Below are positions 29,632-39,046 of a DNA stretch of 64,000 bases, piece after piece. The translations under genes were made by a program, and so were the position numbers. The notes beneath the pieces are model-generated. The model saw only the letters and a program-made list of their open reading frames with translations, was not told the origin of the DNA and made no database searches. Origin of the DNA: Patescibacteria group bacterium (lineage in GTDB: Bacteria; Patescibacteriota; Patescibacteriia; UBA2591; JAQUPP01); assembly GCA_028717225.1 (NCBI GenBank), contig JAQUOF010000001.1:30322-94321 (forward strand), written 5' to 3'. The number at the start of each line of letters is the position of its first letter. The first letter of the stretch is position 1.

Positions 29632-29852
29632 TTTTTACCTCCCTTTGCCATTCTAACAATAAAAAACATCATTATACACCAACCCAATGTTACTATTGTT
29701 ATAGGCAGGACTACATCACCCATATGCGCAACTTCTTTTAATTTTGCTCCTTCTGCACCAGATTTTATAGCAAGGGCTTCACCAATCATCATTACCACAA
29801 AACCCAAAAATATACCTATACTTGCACCATATTTTTCAAAAAAACTTTTCAT
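29628..29852 (-). CDS. Small two-TM hypothetical protein
   Basis: GGGAGG SD; ATGA overlaps with both neighbours. Confidence 0.65.
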   Translation of the reverse strand: MKSFFEKYGASIGIFLGFVVMMIGEALAIKSGAEGAKLKEVAHMGDVVLPITIVTLGWCIMMFFIVRMAKGGKK

Positions 29853-30100
29853 TCTTTGCCTCCCTTTTTATTCTCTTCTTTATATATATAATTTATCCAA
29901 TTCACATAAATGCCTAAACAGATTACTCCCAACACATCACAAATTAAAAAAACGCCGAAAGTAAGCATAAAAGGTTTATCTGTCATAATAATACATGGTA
30001 CAACAAATAATCCGCCAAATATTAATATAATTGCTAAACCCCCCATAAGACCCATAAGGACTTCATGGAAAAACTTTTGTATTTTTTTATTCTTTTTCAT
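29849..30100 (-). CDS. Small two-TM hypothetical protein
   Basis: AGGAGG SD; first gene of a three-gene coupled operon. Confidence 0.65.
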   Translation of the reverse strand: MKKNKKIQKFFHEVLMGLMGGLAIILIFGGLFVVPCIIMTDKPFMLTFGVFLICDVLGVICLGIYVNWINYIYKEENKKGGKE

Positions 30101-30228
30101 TCTTCCTCCTTTTTTAATGTTCTAAAAATAGTATAGCACAATTTTTAAAATCTGTCAAGAGTTTTAGACGCCAAATAGTGGACAAACAAAATTAAATCTA
30201 TCTGTGGATAACTTATATGTCAATAATA

Positions 30229-30256
30229 TTGACAACATAAAACTATCTGCTATAAT
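30229..30256 (+). promoter_or_regulatory. Sigma70-type promoter, probably giving a leaderless mRNA
   Basis: TTGACA-N16-TATAAT with TG extension; ATG lies 6 nt after the -10 box. Confidence 0.65.
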
Positions 30257-30262
30257 TAAATT

Positions 30263-31000
30263 ATGAACAAAACTCTAAAAGAACAACTAACTAAATTCGG
30301 CCTGGCGGAAAAAGAATCGGCTGTTTATTTGGCTGTTCTTGAACTTGGCGCCGGCACGCCCATGGAAATCAGCAAAAAAAGCGGAATCAAACGACCGACC
30401 ACTTATTTAATTTTGGATTTATTGGCCGAAAAAGGATTAGTCACCCGCTCGCTCAAAGAACGAACTCAAGTTTTTATCGCCCAACCGCCAAAAAAAATTT
30501 TGAATTCTTTAAACGAGCAAGTTTTGGATTTTCAAAGCTTACTGCCCCAATTAATGGCTATTCATAATTTGGAAAAACAAAAACCGAAAATTATGATTTT
30601 TGAAGGCGAAGACGCGCCTGATCGGGCTTATCAAGATATTTTGGAATATCAGGGCGAAGTGTCATTTATGGGCATTACCAGCGAAGTTTACAAAAAATTT
30701 CCCAAAACAATGGAGCCCTTTGAAGAAAAAATAAAAAATAAAAATTTCTCAGTCAGAGAAATTTTAGTTGACGAGCCGATTGCCAAAGATTATACTGAAA
30801 GAAATCAAGGACCGTTTCACCAAATTCGTTTTTTGCCGAAAAATTTAAAACCGGTTGGCAGCGATTTCTGCATTTATGGCGATAAAATTTTGCTTACTTC
30901 CTTGCAAGACGAAATTTTTATCGTTTCCATTGAAGATAAAAAAATTGCTAATTTTGTCAAAATTTTATTTGATTTAACCTGGCAAAGTTTAAAAAAATAA
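30263..31000 (+). CDS. TrmB family transcriptional regulator
   Basis: GL.EKESAVYLA.LELG...EISKKSGIKRPTTY..L..L..KGLV HTH; KPKI..FEG; C-terminal IYGDKI. Confidence 0.88.
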   Translation: MNKTLKEQLTKFGLAEKESAVYLAVLELGAGTPMEISKKSGIKRPTTYLILDLLAEKGLVTRSLKERTQVFIAQPPKKILNSLNEQVLDFQSLLPQLMAIHNLEKQKPKIMIFEGEDAPDRAYQDILEYQGEVSFMGITSEVYKKFPKTMEPFEEKIKNKNFSVREILVDEPIAKDYTERNQGPFHQIRFLPKNLKPVGSDFCIYGDKILLTSLQDEIFIVSIEDKKIANFVKILFDLTWQSLKK

Positions 31001-31004
31001 ATAG

Positions 31005-31039
31005 GGGCCTATAACTTGTCCCGCCTGTAATAGGCGGGA
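31005..31039 (+). pseudogene. Degenerate 5' tRNA-Ala fragment ending in a TCCCGCC...GGCGGGA hairpin
   Basis: GGGCCTA-TA pairs with TAGGTCC-A at 31546-31553, including the Ala-type G3:U70 pair. Confidence 0.5.
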
Positions 31040-31060
31040 TGAACTTGCCCCGCCACTTTT

Positions 31061-31131
31061 GGGCCCGTAGGTAAGTGGTATACCGGTACATTCGCATTGT
31101 ACAGTCCCGAGTTCGATTCTCGGCGGGTCCA
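31061..31131 (+). tRNA. tRNA-Ala(CGC)
   Basis: GGGCCCG/CGGGTCC acceptor with G3:U70, GTACA-TTCGCAT-TGTAC anticodon arm, CCGAG-TTCGATT-CTCGG T arm. Confidence 0.92.
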
Positions 31132-31189
31132 TAAGTGGCGGGGTGAAGTAATACGCAATATTTTGTCCCGATTTTGTTAAAATTCAAAA

Positions 31190-31438
31190 ATGTTTAACAT
31201 TTATATTTTAAAATCATTGAAATTTGGTAAATACTATATTGGCAGTTGTGAAGATATCACAACGAGATTAAAACAGCATAACACTGGAAAGACAAAATCA
31301 ACAAAAAGATTTATGCCATGGGAGCTTGTTTATAAAGAAAGCTTTAATACTCGAAGTGAAGCTGTAAAAAGAGAGCAACAATTAAAATCATGGAAAAGTA
31401 GAAAGGCCTTAGAAAAATTAATAAAGGAATATTTTTAA
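31190..31438 (+). CDS. Stand-alone GIY-YIG nuclease family protein
   Basis: IYILKS....YYIGS...RLKQHN.G...ST....PWELVY.E...RSEA.KRE..LK. Confidence 0.92.
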   Translation: MFNIYILKSLKFGKYYIGSCEDITTRLKQHNTGKTKSTKRFMPWELVYKESFNTRSEAVKREQQLKSWKSRKALEKLIKEYF

Positions 31439-31553
31439 GACGACAGTTCTCCCGATTTTGTTCCCGCCTTTAGCGGGATTACAAAATCGAGGATCCACGA
31501 TATCACCCTAAATTATAAATTTGAGTGATATCGGGAGATTCTGCCTAGGTCCA
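31438..31553 (+). pseudogene. Degenerate 3' tRNA-Ala half with T loop interrupted by an 87-bp composite palindrome
   Basis: GACAG-TTC[TCCCGAT...ATCGGGA, 31450-31536]GATT-CTGCC-TAGGTCC-A. Confidence 0.6.
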
Positions 31554-31577
31554 TAAAAATCATTTTAATTTGCGTTT

Positions 31578-31889
31578 ATGAAAAAATATCAAAAAGAATT
31601 GGACAAATGGTTTAAAGAAAACGACTGGAAATATTGGTCACAGCTGTCAATTTTGGCGCGGCTTTACGAAGAATGCGGCGAATTCGCGAGATTGGTTAAT
31701 CATCTTTACGGCGACAAACCGAAAAGAGATGAAGAGAAAAAGCAAGAACTGGAAGAAGAAATCGGAGATATTATTTATACCTTAATCTGTTTTGCTAATT
31801 CAAATAATGTTGATTTGGACAAAGCGATCAGAAAAAGTTTTGATAAAGTTGTCAGAAGAGACAAAAATAGATATAACAAAAAATCATGA
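31578..31889 (+). CDS. MazG-like nucleotide pyrophosphohydrolase
   Basis: LARL.EE.GE.AR.VNH.YG.K...LEEEIGD. Confidence 0.88.
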   Translation: MKKYQKELDKWFKENDWKYWSQLSILARLYEECGEFARLVNHLYGDKPKRDEEKKQELEEEIGDIIYTLICFANSNNVDLDKAIRKSFDKVVRRDKNRYNKKS

Positions 31890-32449
31890 CTAACGTAATC
31901 ATAATTCACGGCACATGTGGAAGTCCAAAAGGAAATTGGCTTCCTTGGCTAAAATCAGAATTGGAAAAAATCGGTTACCGAGTTTTTGTTCCTAAATTTC
32001 CCACGCCCAAAAATCAATCTTTAAAAAATTGGCTGAAAGTTTTCAAAAAATACAACCGATATTTGGACAAAGATTCTATTGTTATCGGCCATAGTTTGGG
32101 ACCGTCTTTTCTATTGAGCGTTTTGGAAAAATTGAATCATCCGATTAAAGCCGCGTTTTTCGTGGCTGGTTTTACCGGCTTAATAGGCCGTGGAGATTTT
32201 GACAAGCTGAATAAAACCTTTACAACTCAATCTTTCAATTGGGTTAAAATAAACAAAAATTGTAAAAAATTCTTTGTTATCAATTCAAATAATGATCCCT
32301 ACATCCCTCTTGAAAAAGGTAAAATGCTGGCAAAAAATTTGAATACCAAATTAATCATTCTCAAAAACGCGGGGCATATCAATAAAGATTCAGGATATGT
32401 TAAATTTGATTTTCTTTTGAATAAAATTAAAAAATATCTAAAAAAATGA
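31886..32449 (+). CDS. RBBP9/YdeN family alpha/beta hydrolase
   Basis: IIHG...NW.PWL, GHSLG, S.NDPY, AGH. Confidence 0.9.
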   Translation: MTNVIIIHGTCGSPKGNWLPWLKSELEKIGYRVFVPKFPTPKNQSLKNWLKVFKKYNRYLDKDSIVIGHSLGPSFLLSVLEKLNHPIKAAFFVAGFTGLIGRGDFDKLNKTFTTQSFNWVKINKNCKKFFVINSNNDPYIPLEKGKMLAKNLNTKLIILKNAGHINKDSGYVKFDFLLNKIKKYLKK

Positions 32450-34749
32450 AAAAAAATATTATTACATTTTCAGTGATGGTAATTTTGGGATGCGCGGCGA
32501 TTGTGATCGGAGCCGTTAAAATCATTACACCAACCCTTACCGCCTCAATTGCTGACATTGCTTCAATTGATAATGACCCGTCAAGCTGCATTCTTTCTTT
32601 GTCAAATACCACTTTTTTAAAATCATATCGCATTTTGGTATTTACGAAAATCAACGGCGCCTGGCCTACTAAAGACGGCGGTTATATTGTTTCCGGGACC
32701 ACGGATCCGAATATTATGTTTATCCCGCCGGATGGTTTTGTGGCCAAACTTGATAAAAAAGGAGATATTCAATGGATGAAACTTTTAAAAACTAAAAATG
32801 CCGCCGGCGCCGGAAATCCTTTGGGCGACGAAGATGTTCAATCAATTATTGAATTGAAAAACGGCGGATATTTAATGGTTTCCAAAGTTTGGGGTTTTAT
32901 CACGGCTAAAGAATGGAACGCGGATAATGTGGAACTGGATAAAATAATGTTCACCAAGCTGGACAAAAACGGCAATATGGTTTGGAATAAATCATTCACC
33001 GGCTTTGTTGAAGATGCCAAAAATTCTCTATTGGAAACCGCTGATAACGGTTTTTTATTTTACGCAAATATCACGGACTTAACGCCGGATAAAATCGGAG
33101 AAGACAGTGATGTTTATTTTGATCAGCCTTATTCATCGCTTAAAGTTTTAAAATTTGATCAAAACGGAAATATCCAATGGTCAAAAAATATTAAAAATTT
33201 CATTGCCCGCAAAAATGATTCTTACTTAATTCCCACACCTGACGGCGGCTATGCTTTAGCCGGCAATTTAACTCAGCCAAATCCGGAAAAAAACGCGCCT
33301 TATGATTTTGACACTTATCCTGGGCTGGCCAAATTTGATAAAAATTTCAATTTTGAATGGGCGAAAAGCGTTGAAGGCATTCCTATGGAAATGGCCGCAG
33401 TTGTTGTTAAGCCTGAGGGCGGCCTTGAACTTGGTTGGAAAGAAATGCGTCAAGGAGCAATTGTCGTCCAAGGCCTTATTAAAACTAAAGACAGCGGTTA
33501 TATCGTTTTTGGAAATTTGTCCGGAGCTTTATCTTTAATCACGGACAGCAATGATGTAAATTCAAAACCAAAAAATTCTTTAATGGGATTTAAATTCAGT
33601 TCCTCGGGAAATTTGGAATGGGTTAAAAAAATAACTTTAAGTTTTAATGATTTCAGCGGACCAATGACAAATTATTCCATTATCTCAACAACTGACAATA
33701 AAATAATGATTGCCGGCCCCAATACTTGGGCTGATGATGATTGTGGAACTAAAATGCAAAACGTTAACGATCAGCGCAAATGGTATGTTGAAAAATACGG
33801 GGAAATGGAAATGTTAAAAGAAGGAAATCAAAAAACAAAACAATCGCAAGAAGATTGGAAAAAAGTTCAAGCGGCCATTAAAGCCGCCGCAGACGCTTCT
33901 CATGGGAGTATTTTAACAATAAAAACCGATCAAGAATTAAATATTGATTGGATAAAAGAAATTAAGCCGCCTAAATCCGGTCCTTTGACTAATTATGTCA
34001 TGAAAGCAACGCCTGACAGTGGAGCGATTATTGCCGGCGAATATACGACTGACGTAGTTCAATCGGTTTTACTTAGCAGCATCACCTATTATAAAGATGG
34101 TTTCTTGGTAAAATTGGACGCCAGCGGCAATGTCAAAAATAATGCCGGCTGGGTGGTGGATTACAATAATAAAATCATTACCGAAATAACAACCCTGTAC
34201 GCAATTGCCAATGATTTAATCGGCCAAACAGATTCTTATTCAGTCAAATTAACCAGTCGCAAACCGGAATTTTCTCTTTGTAAAAAAACAAAAACCACCA
34301 CTTATGCTCCTCCAAATAATTCCAAAAATACTCTCTGTCCCGCCCTGCCTTCAATTTTTGCTTATAACACTCCTATTCAAAATTCAAATCTTGCTTCTAC
34401 TGCGACACGAACTTGGCCGGAAATTAATTATGAAAGAGCAATTCCGTCGGAATTAATTAACGACAAAAGCCGGACTATTGATGGCGAACTTTTGCCGATT
34501 TTAAATCAACTTTATAACAATCAAGTTAAAATGGCGGATAATATGGATGGCGCGATGCTTAATTATGTTCTCCCACGCATTATTACCAAGGATGACGTCA
34601 CTGCTGTTAAAAATCATCTGGAGAGTCGTGGCTATAAAACACAAGATGAAGGACTTAATCAATTGACTATGTATAAACCCGGTTATTGGCTGATTTTGAC
34701 TTTTTCCACTGACCATCCTGACAAAGCATTTTTGGAAATTACTTTTTGA
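32446..34749 (+). CDS. Secreted/anchored beta-propeller-repeat protein
   Basis: N-terminal TM; repeated T.DGGY...G...KLD..G...W.K units. Confidence 0.65.
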   Translation: MKKNIITFSVMVILGCAAIVIGAVKIITPTLTASIADIASIDNDPSSCILSLSNTTFLKSYRILVFTKINGAWPTKDGGYIVSGTTDPNIMFIPPDGFVAKLDKKGDIQWMKLLKTKNAAGAGNPLGDEDVQSIIELKNGGYLMVSKVWGFITAKEWNADNVELDKIMFTKLDKNGNMVWNKSFTGFVEDAKNSLLETADNGFLFYANITDLTPDKIGEDSDVYFDQPYSSLKVLKFDQNGNIQWSKNIKNFIARKNDSYLIPTPDGGYALAGNLTQPNPEKNAPYDFDTYPGLAKFDKNFNFEWAKSVEGIPMEMAAVVVKPEGGLELGWKEMRQGAIVVQGLIKTKDSGYIVFGNLSGALSLITDSNDVNSKPKNSLMGFKFSSSGNLEWVKKITLSFNDFSGPMTNYSIISTTDNKIMIAGPNTWADDDCGTKMQNVNDQRKWYVEKYGEMEMLKEGNQKTKQSQEDWKKVQAAIKAAADASHGSILTIKTDQELNIDWIKEIKPPKSGPLTNYVMKATPDSGAIIAGEYTTDVVQSVLLSSITYYKDGFLVKLDASGNVKNNAGWVVDYNNKIITEITTLYAIANDLIGQTDSYSVKLTSRKPEFSLCKKTKTTTYAPPNNSKNTLCPALPSIFAYNTPIQNSNLASTATRTWPEINYERAIPSELINDKSRTIDGELLPILNQLYNNQVKMADNMDGAMLNYVLPRIITKDDVTAVKNHLESRGYKTQDEGLNQLTMYKPGYWLILTFSTDHPDKAFLEITF

Positions 34750-34805
34750 CAATTAATAAATAGTGTGCTTTAATAAAAATATAATAACAAACCTTTAAAA
34801 ATCGT

Positions 34806-35189
34806 ATGAGTAAAAAACTTTTATTTGTCATAATTATCTTATTGGTGATCGCCGGCATTGTTTTGGTCATTATCGGCAATCGATCAAACCAAAAAAATAA
34901 AAGCAATAATCCGGAAGATGGAATTGTTCTGTTTTATTCTCCAACTTGTCCGCATTGCATAAAAGTGGAGGAATTCTTAACTCAAAATAAAGTGACTGAA
35001 AAAATAAAATTTGAAAATAGGGATACCTCTATCGCTGTCAACCTTGAATTACTGAAAGAAAAAGCCGGTGAATGCGGATTAAATGAAAGCGACCTTGCTA
35101 TCCCTTTTTTATTTGACGGGTCAAGTAAAAATCCAAGCTGTTTAATCGGAGACGTTGATATTATTAAATTTTTCCAAGGTAAATTATAA
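34806..35189 (+). CDS. Membrane-anchored glutaredoxin/thioredoxin-like protein
   Basis: N-terminal TM; LFYSPTCPHC; cis-Pro motif IPFL; G..DII. Confidence 0.8.
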   Translation: MSKKLLFVIIILLVIAGIVLVIIGNRSNQKNKSNNPEDGIVLFYSPTCPHCIKVEEFLTQNKVTEKIKFENRDTSIAVNLELLKEKAGECGLNESDLAIPFLFDGSSKNPSCLIGDVDIIKFFQGKL

Positions 35190-35191
35190 TC

Positions 35192-35713
35192 ATGAATTTA
35201 ATTAAAAAAAATATCTGGCTGATTTTAGCCATAACGGCGATTTTATTGCCTTATCAGGCAATGGCTGTTTGTCCTGTTTGCACCATTGCGGTTGGCGCCG
35301 GCATCGGGCTCTCGCGCTGGCTGGGCGTTGATGACGGAATTACCGGCATTTGGGTTGGCGGCTTGATTATTTCCTTAATTATTTGGTTTTTAACATGGCT
35401 GGACAAAAAAAACATTCATTTTAAATTGCGCGATTTTGTCATTTATCTTGTCTTTTATTTCTTTTTTATCGCCTCTTTCTATGGCATGGGGTTAATGGGT
35501 CATCCTTTAAATCGCCTGTGCGGAATGGATAAATTATTATTCGGCATTATTTTAGGAAGTTTGGTTTTTTTGATCAGTTTCGGCTTGAACAATTTATTGA
35601 AAAAGAAAAATCACGGCAAAGTTTTTTTTCCTTATCAAAAAGTGGTGATTCCGGTGTCTCTTTTGATAATCGCCAGTTTAGTTTATTATTGGATTACTAA
35701 ATGTTATAAATAA
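35192..35713 (+). CDS. Integral membrane protein with CxxC motif
   Basis: AVCPVCTIAVGAG after a signal-like segment; 4-5 TM helices; FPYQKV. Confidence 0.7.
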   Translation: MNLIKKNIWLILAITAILLPYQAMAVCPVCTIAVGAGIGLSRWLGVDDGITGIWVGGLIISLIIWFLTWLDKKNIHFKLRDFVIYLVFYFFFIASFYGMGLMGHPLNRLCGMDKLLFGIILGSLVFLISFGLNNLLKKKNHGKVFFPYQKVVIPVSLLIIASLVYYWITKCYK

Positions 35714-35717
35714 TTTT

Positions 35718-36245
35718 ATGGAATTGGAACAAGAAAAAATTCAAAAACTTTTAAAAAAAGTTGAAGAAAGCAAAAGCGGCGGACTGGATCTTTCTTTGGA
35801 CGAAGACCTCTCTATCGCCATTATGAATTTAATATCCATTGAAGAGCATTTTTTCTTTACGGCCGAAAAAACCGGTAAACCCGAATATTTTGATTTGTTA
35901 AAAACCGTGCGCGAAATGCGCAAGGACTTATTAAAAAGAATTATTAAAGATTACGAAGGCGAAGTTTGGTGTATTTCCAAGCACTTGCTGGCCGGTTCAA
36001 TGAGATTAATGGAAGTCGGGACAAAACACTTGGGCCAAGGAGAAAAAGAAAAAGCCGAAGATTTATTCAAAAAATCATATGAGCTTTATTCCTTATTTTG
36101 GGCCATTAATTTAAAAATTATTGATACTTCTTCGCTGAAAAAAATTGATGACAATCAACTAAATGTCCACGACCAAGAAAAAACCGGATTTTTCGGCAAA
36201 ATGGGCGATTTATTGAAAAAGGTTTTGAATTGCTGCAAAGAGTAA
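35718..36245 (+). CDS. Hypothetical helical protein
   Basis: EDLSIAIMNLISIEEH, WCISKHLL, C-terminal CCKE. Confidence 0.7.
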   Translation: MELEQEKIQKLLKKVEESKSGGLDLSLDEDLSIAIMNLISIEEHFFFTAEKTGKPEYFDLLKTVREMRKDLLKRIIKDYEGEVWCISKHLLAGSMRLMEVGTKHLGQGEKEKAEDLFKKSYELYSLFWAINLKIIDTSSLKKIDDNQLNVHDQEKTGFFGKMGDLLKKVLNCCKE

Positions 36246-36389
36246 TAAAAAAATGGCATAAATTCTAAAAATATTTTTGGGGTAAATCAGTTGTGATTTG
36301 CCCCTTTTTTTAATTGAAAAATTTTGAAATTAGGATATAATATAATGACTGCAATTTAACTAAAATAACATTAAATTATTAAAAAATAT

Positions 36390-39038
36390 ATGGAAAAGAA
36401 ATTTATTTATTTTTTCAGCAAAAATGAGACCGATGGCAACGGCCAAATGAAAAATTTACTCGGCGGCAAGGGAGCCGGATTGGCGGAAATGTCTAAAAAC
36501 GGCATCCCGATCCCCCCTGGTTTTACAATCACAACCGAGGTTTGCTGCTATTTTTACGAGCACAAAGAAAAACTGCCTCCTGATTTTAAAAAACAATTTG
36601 AAAAATCTCTTAAAAAATTAGAAAAGGCAACCAATAAAAAATTCGGCGACCCGATTGAGCCCTTACTTCTTTCAGTCAGAAGCGGGGCGAAATTTTCCAT
36701 GCCCGGAATGATGGATACAATTTTAAATTTGGGACTTTCTTTAAAAACCATTCCCGGCTTGATTCAAAAAACAAAAAATCCGCGCTTTGTTTATGACGCT
36801 TATCGCCGTTTTATCCAAATGTTTGGTAATGTTGTTTTGGAAATCAATAAAGAAGAATTTGAAGATATTTTAAACAAGAAAAAAGAAGAACTCGGCGTAA
36901 AATTTGACACCGAACTCAGGGAAGAAGATCTTAAATCTTTAATCGCGAAATATAAAAAATTCATTCACGAAAAAATCGGCCGCGAATTTCCCGACGATCC
37001 GTTTAAACAATTGGAAATGGCGGAAATGGCAGTTTTTAAAAGTTGGAATAATCCGCGAGCCGCCACTTACCGCAGATTAAACAAAATTCCGGATAATTTG
37101 GGCACAGCCGTGAATATTCAGTCCATGGTTTTCGGCAACCTGGGCGAAAATTGCGGTACTGGCGTAGGTTTTACGCGTAACCCCTCAACCGGCGAGAAAA
37201 AAATTTATGGAGAATATTTGATTAATGCTCAAGGCGAAGATGTTGTAGCCGGAGTCAGAACGCCCAAACCGATTGAAGAACTTAAAAAAGAAATGCCGAA
37301 AGTTTATGATGAATTGAAAAAAATAGTTATGCGTCTTGAAAAACATTGGAAAGACGTACAGGATTTTGAATTTACGATTGAACAAGGAAAACTTTATATG
37401 CTTCAAACTCGAACCGGCAAACGAACCACTCAAGCGGCGATAAAAATCGCCGTGGATATGGTTAAAGAAAAATTAATTTCCAAAGAAGAAGCTTTGATGC
37501 GCCTTGAACCGGAACAAATTAATCAACTGCTTCACCCGATTATTGACCCGAAAGCGAAAATAGAAATAATTACTCAAGGACTTCCCGCTTCTCCTGGCGC
37601 GGCTATTGGAAAAGTTGTTTTTAACGCGGACGAAGCGGTTATTTTAAGCAAAACGGAAAAAGTGATTTTGGTTCGCGCTGAAACTTGTCCGGATGACATT
37701 CACGGAATCAATGCGGCTGAAGGAATTTTGACTTCTCGCGGCGGAATGACATCGCACGCTGCGGTTGTAGCCAGAGGAATGGGAAAATGCGCCGTGGTTG
37801 GCTGCGAAGAAATTAAAATAGACGAAAAAAATAAACAATTTTCCACCAAAAAAATAACAATTAAAGAAGGAGATTGGATTTCTCTTGACGGATCAACCGG
37901 CCGGGTAATTTTGGGCAAAATGGCGAGAATTGAACCGAAATTAAGCAAAGAATTCGCTGAATTTATGAATTGGGCTGATAAAATCCGAACATTAAAAATC
38001 AGAACCAATGCCGATATTCCTCGCGATGCCAAAGTCGCCCGCCAATTCGGCGCCGAAGGCATCGGCCTTTGCCGAACCGAACATATGTTTTTTGCCAAAG
38101 AACGTTTGCCTTTGATGCAAAAAATGATTTTAGCCGACGATTTAACCGGCCGAAATGAAGTTTTAAATAAATTGTTTGTTTTCCAAAAAGAAGATTTCAA
38201 AGGCCTTTTCAGAGAAATGAAAGGATTCCAAGTAACGATCAGATTTTTAGATCCCCCGCTTCACGAATTCTTGCCGAAAACAGAAAAAGAATCTTTTGAA
38301 CTTTCCGAAAAAATCAACGTGCCCGGAGAAAAAATTTGGCAAAAATCTTGCGAACTTCACGAAACAAATCCGATGCTGGGTCATCGCGGATGCCGCTTGG
38401 GTATTACTTACCCTGAAATAACCGAAATGCAAACACGAGCCATTATTTCCGCGGCTTGCGAATTGGCCAAAGAAAAAATAAAAATAGTTCCGGAAATAAT
38501 GATTCCTTTGGTCGGACATGTTAATGAATTGAAAGACCAAAAAAATGTCGTCATAAATACGGCGGCTGAAACAATGAAAAAATATAAAGTAAAAATTGAA
38601 TATTTGGTCGGCACGATGATTGAAGTTCCGAGAGCCGCTTTGGTGGCTGACGAAATTGCAGTTGAAGCAAAATTTTTCTCGTTCGGTACCAATGATTTGA
38701 CTCAAATGGGCATGGGATTTTCTCGAGATGATGCCGGAAAATTCATTAAAATATATTTAGATAAAAAAATACTCAAAGATGATCCGTTTAAAACTTTGGA
38801 TCAAGAAGGCATCGGACAACTGATAACAATAGCCATTAAAAAAGGAAGAAGCGTCCGACCTGATTTGAAAATCGGAATTTGCGGCGAACATGGCGGAGAC
38901 CCGGAGAGCATAAAATTTTGCCACAAAAGCGGATTTAATTATGTAAGCTGTTCCCCTTATCGAGTGCCTATTGCCAGACTTTCCGCTGCCCAAGCCGTTA
39001 TTTTGGACAAGAAACAAATTGAATATACCTCTAAATAA
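36390..39038 (+). CDS. ppdK: Pyruvate, phosphate dikinase
   Basis: LLGGKGA, SVRSGA..SMPGMMDT, GGMTSHAAV, GIGLCRTEHMF, GICGEHGG. Confidence 0.97.
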   Translation: MEKKFIYFFSKNETDGNGQMKNLLGGKGAGLAEMSKNGIPIPPGFTITTEVCCYFYEHKEKLPPDFKKQFEKSLKKLEKATNKKFGDPIEPLLLSVRSGAKFSMPGMMDTILNLGLSLKTIPGLIQKTKNPRFVYDAYRRFIQMFGNVVLEINKEEFEDILNKKKEELGVKFDTELREEDLKSLIAKYKKFIHEKIGREFPDDPFKQLEMAEMAVFKSWNNPRAATYRRLNKIPDNLGTAVNIQSMVFGNLGENCGTGVGFTRNPSTGEKKIYGEYLINAQGEDVVAGVRTPKPIEELKKEMPKVYDELKKIVMRLEKHWKDVQDFEFTIEQGKLYMLQTRTGKRTTQAAIKIAVDMVKEKLISKEEALMRLEPEQINQLLHPIIDPKAKIEIITQGLPASPGAAIGKVVFNADEAVILSKTEKVILVRAETCPDDIHGINAAEGILTSRGGMTSHAAVVARGMGKCAVVGCEEIKIDEKNKQFSTKKITIKEGDWISLDGSTGRVILGKMARIEPKLSKEFAEFMNWADKIRTLKIRTNADIPRDAKVARQFGAEGIGLCRTEHMFFAKERLPLMQKMILADDLTGRNEVLNKLFVFQKEDFKGLFREMKGFQVTIRFLDPPLHEFLPKTEKESFELSEKINVPGEKIWQKSCELHETNPMLGHRGCRLGITYPEITEMQTRAIISAACELAKEKIKIVPEIMIPLVGHVNELKDQKNVVINTAAETMKKYKVKIEYLVGTMIEVPRAALVADEIAVEAKFFSFGTNDLTQMGMGFSRDDAGKFIKIYLDKKILKDDPFKTLDQEGIGQLITIAIKKGRSVRPDLKIGICGEHGGDPESIKFCHKSGFNYVSCSPYRVPIARLSAAQAVILDKKQIEYTSK

Positions 39039-39046
39039 TAAAAAAT

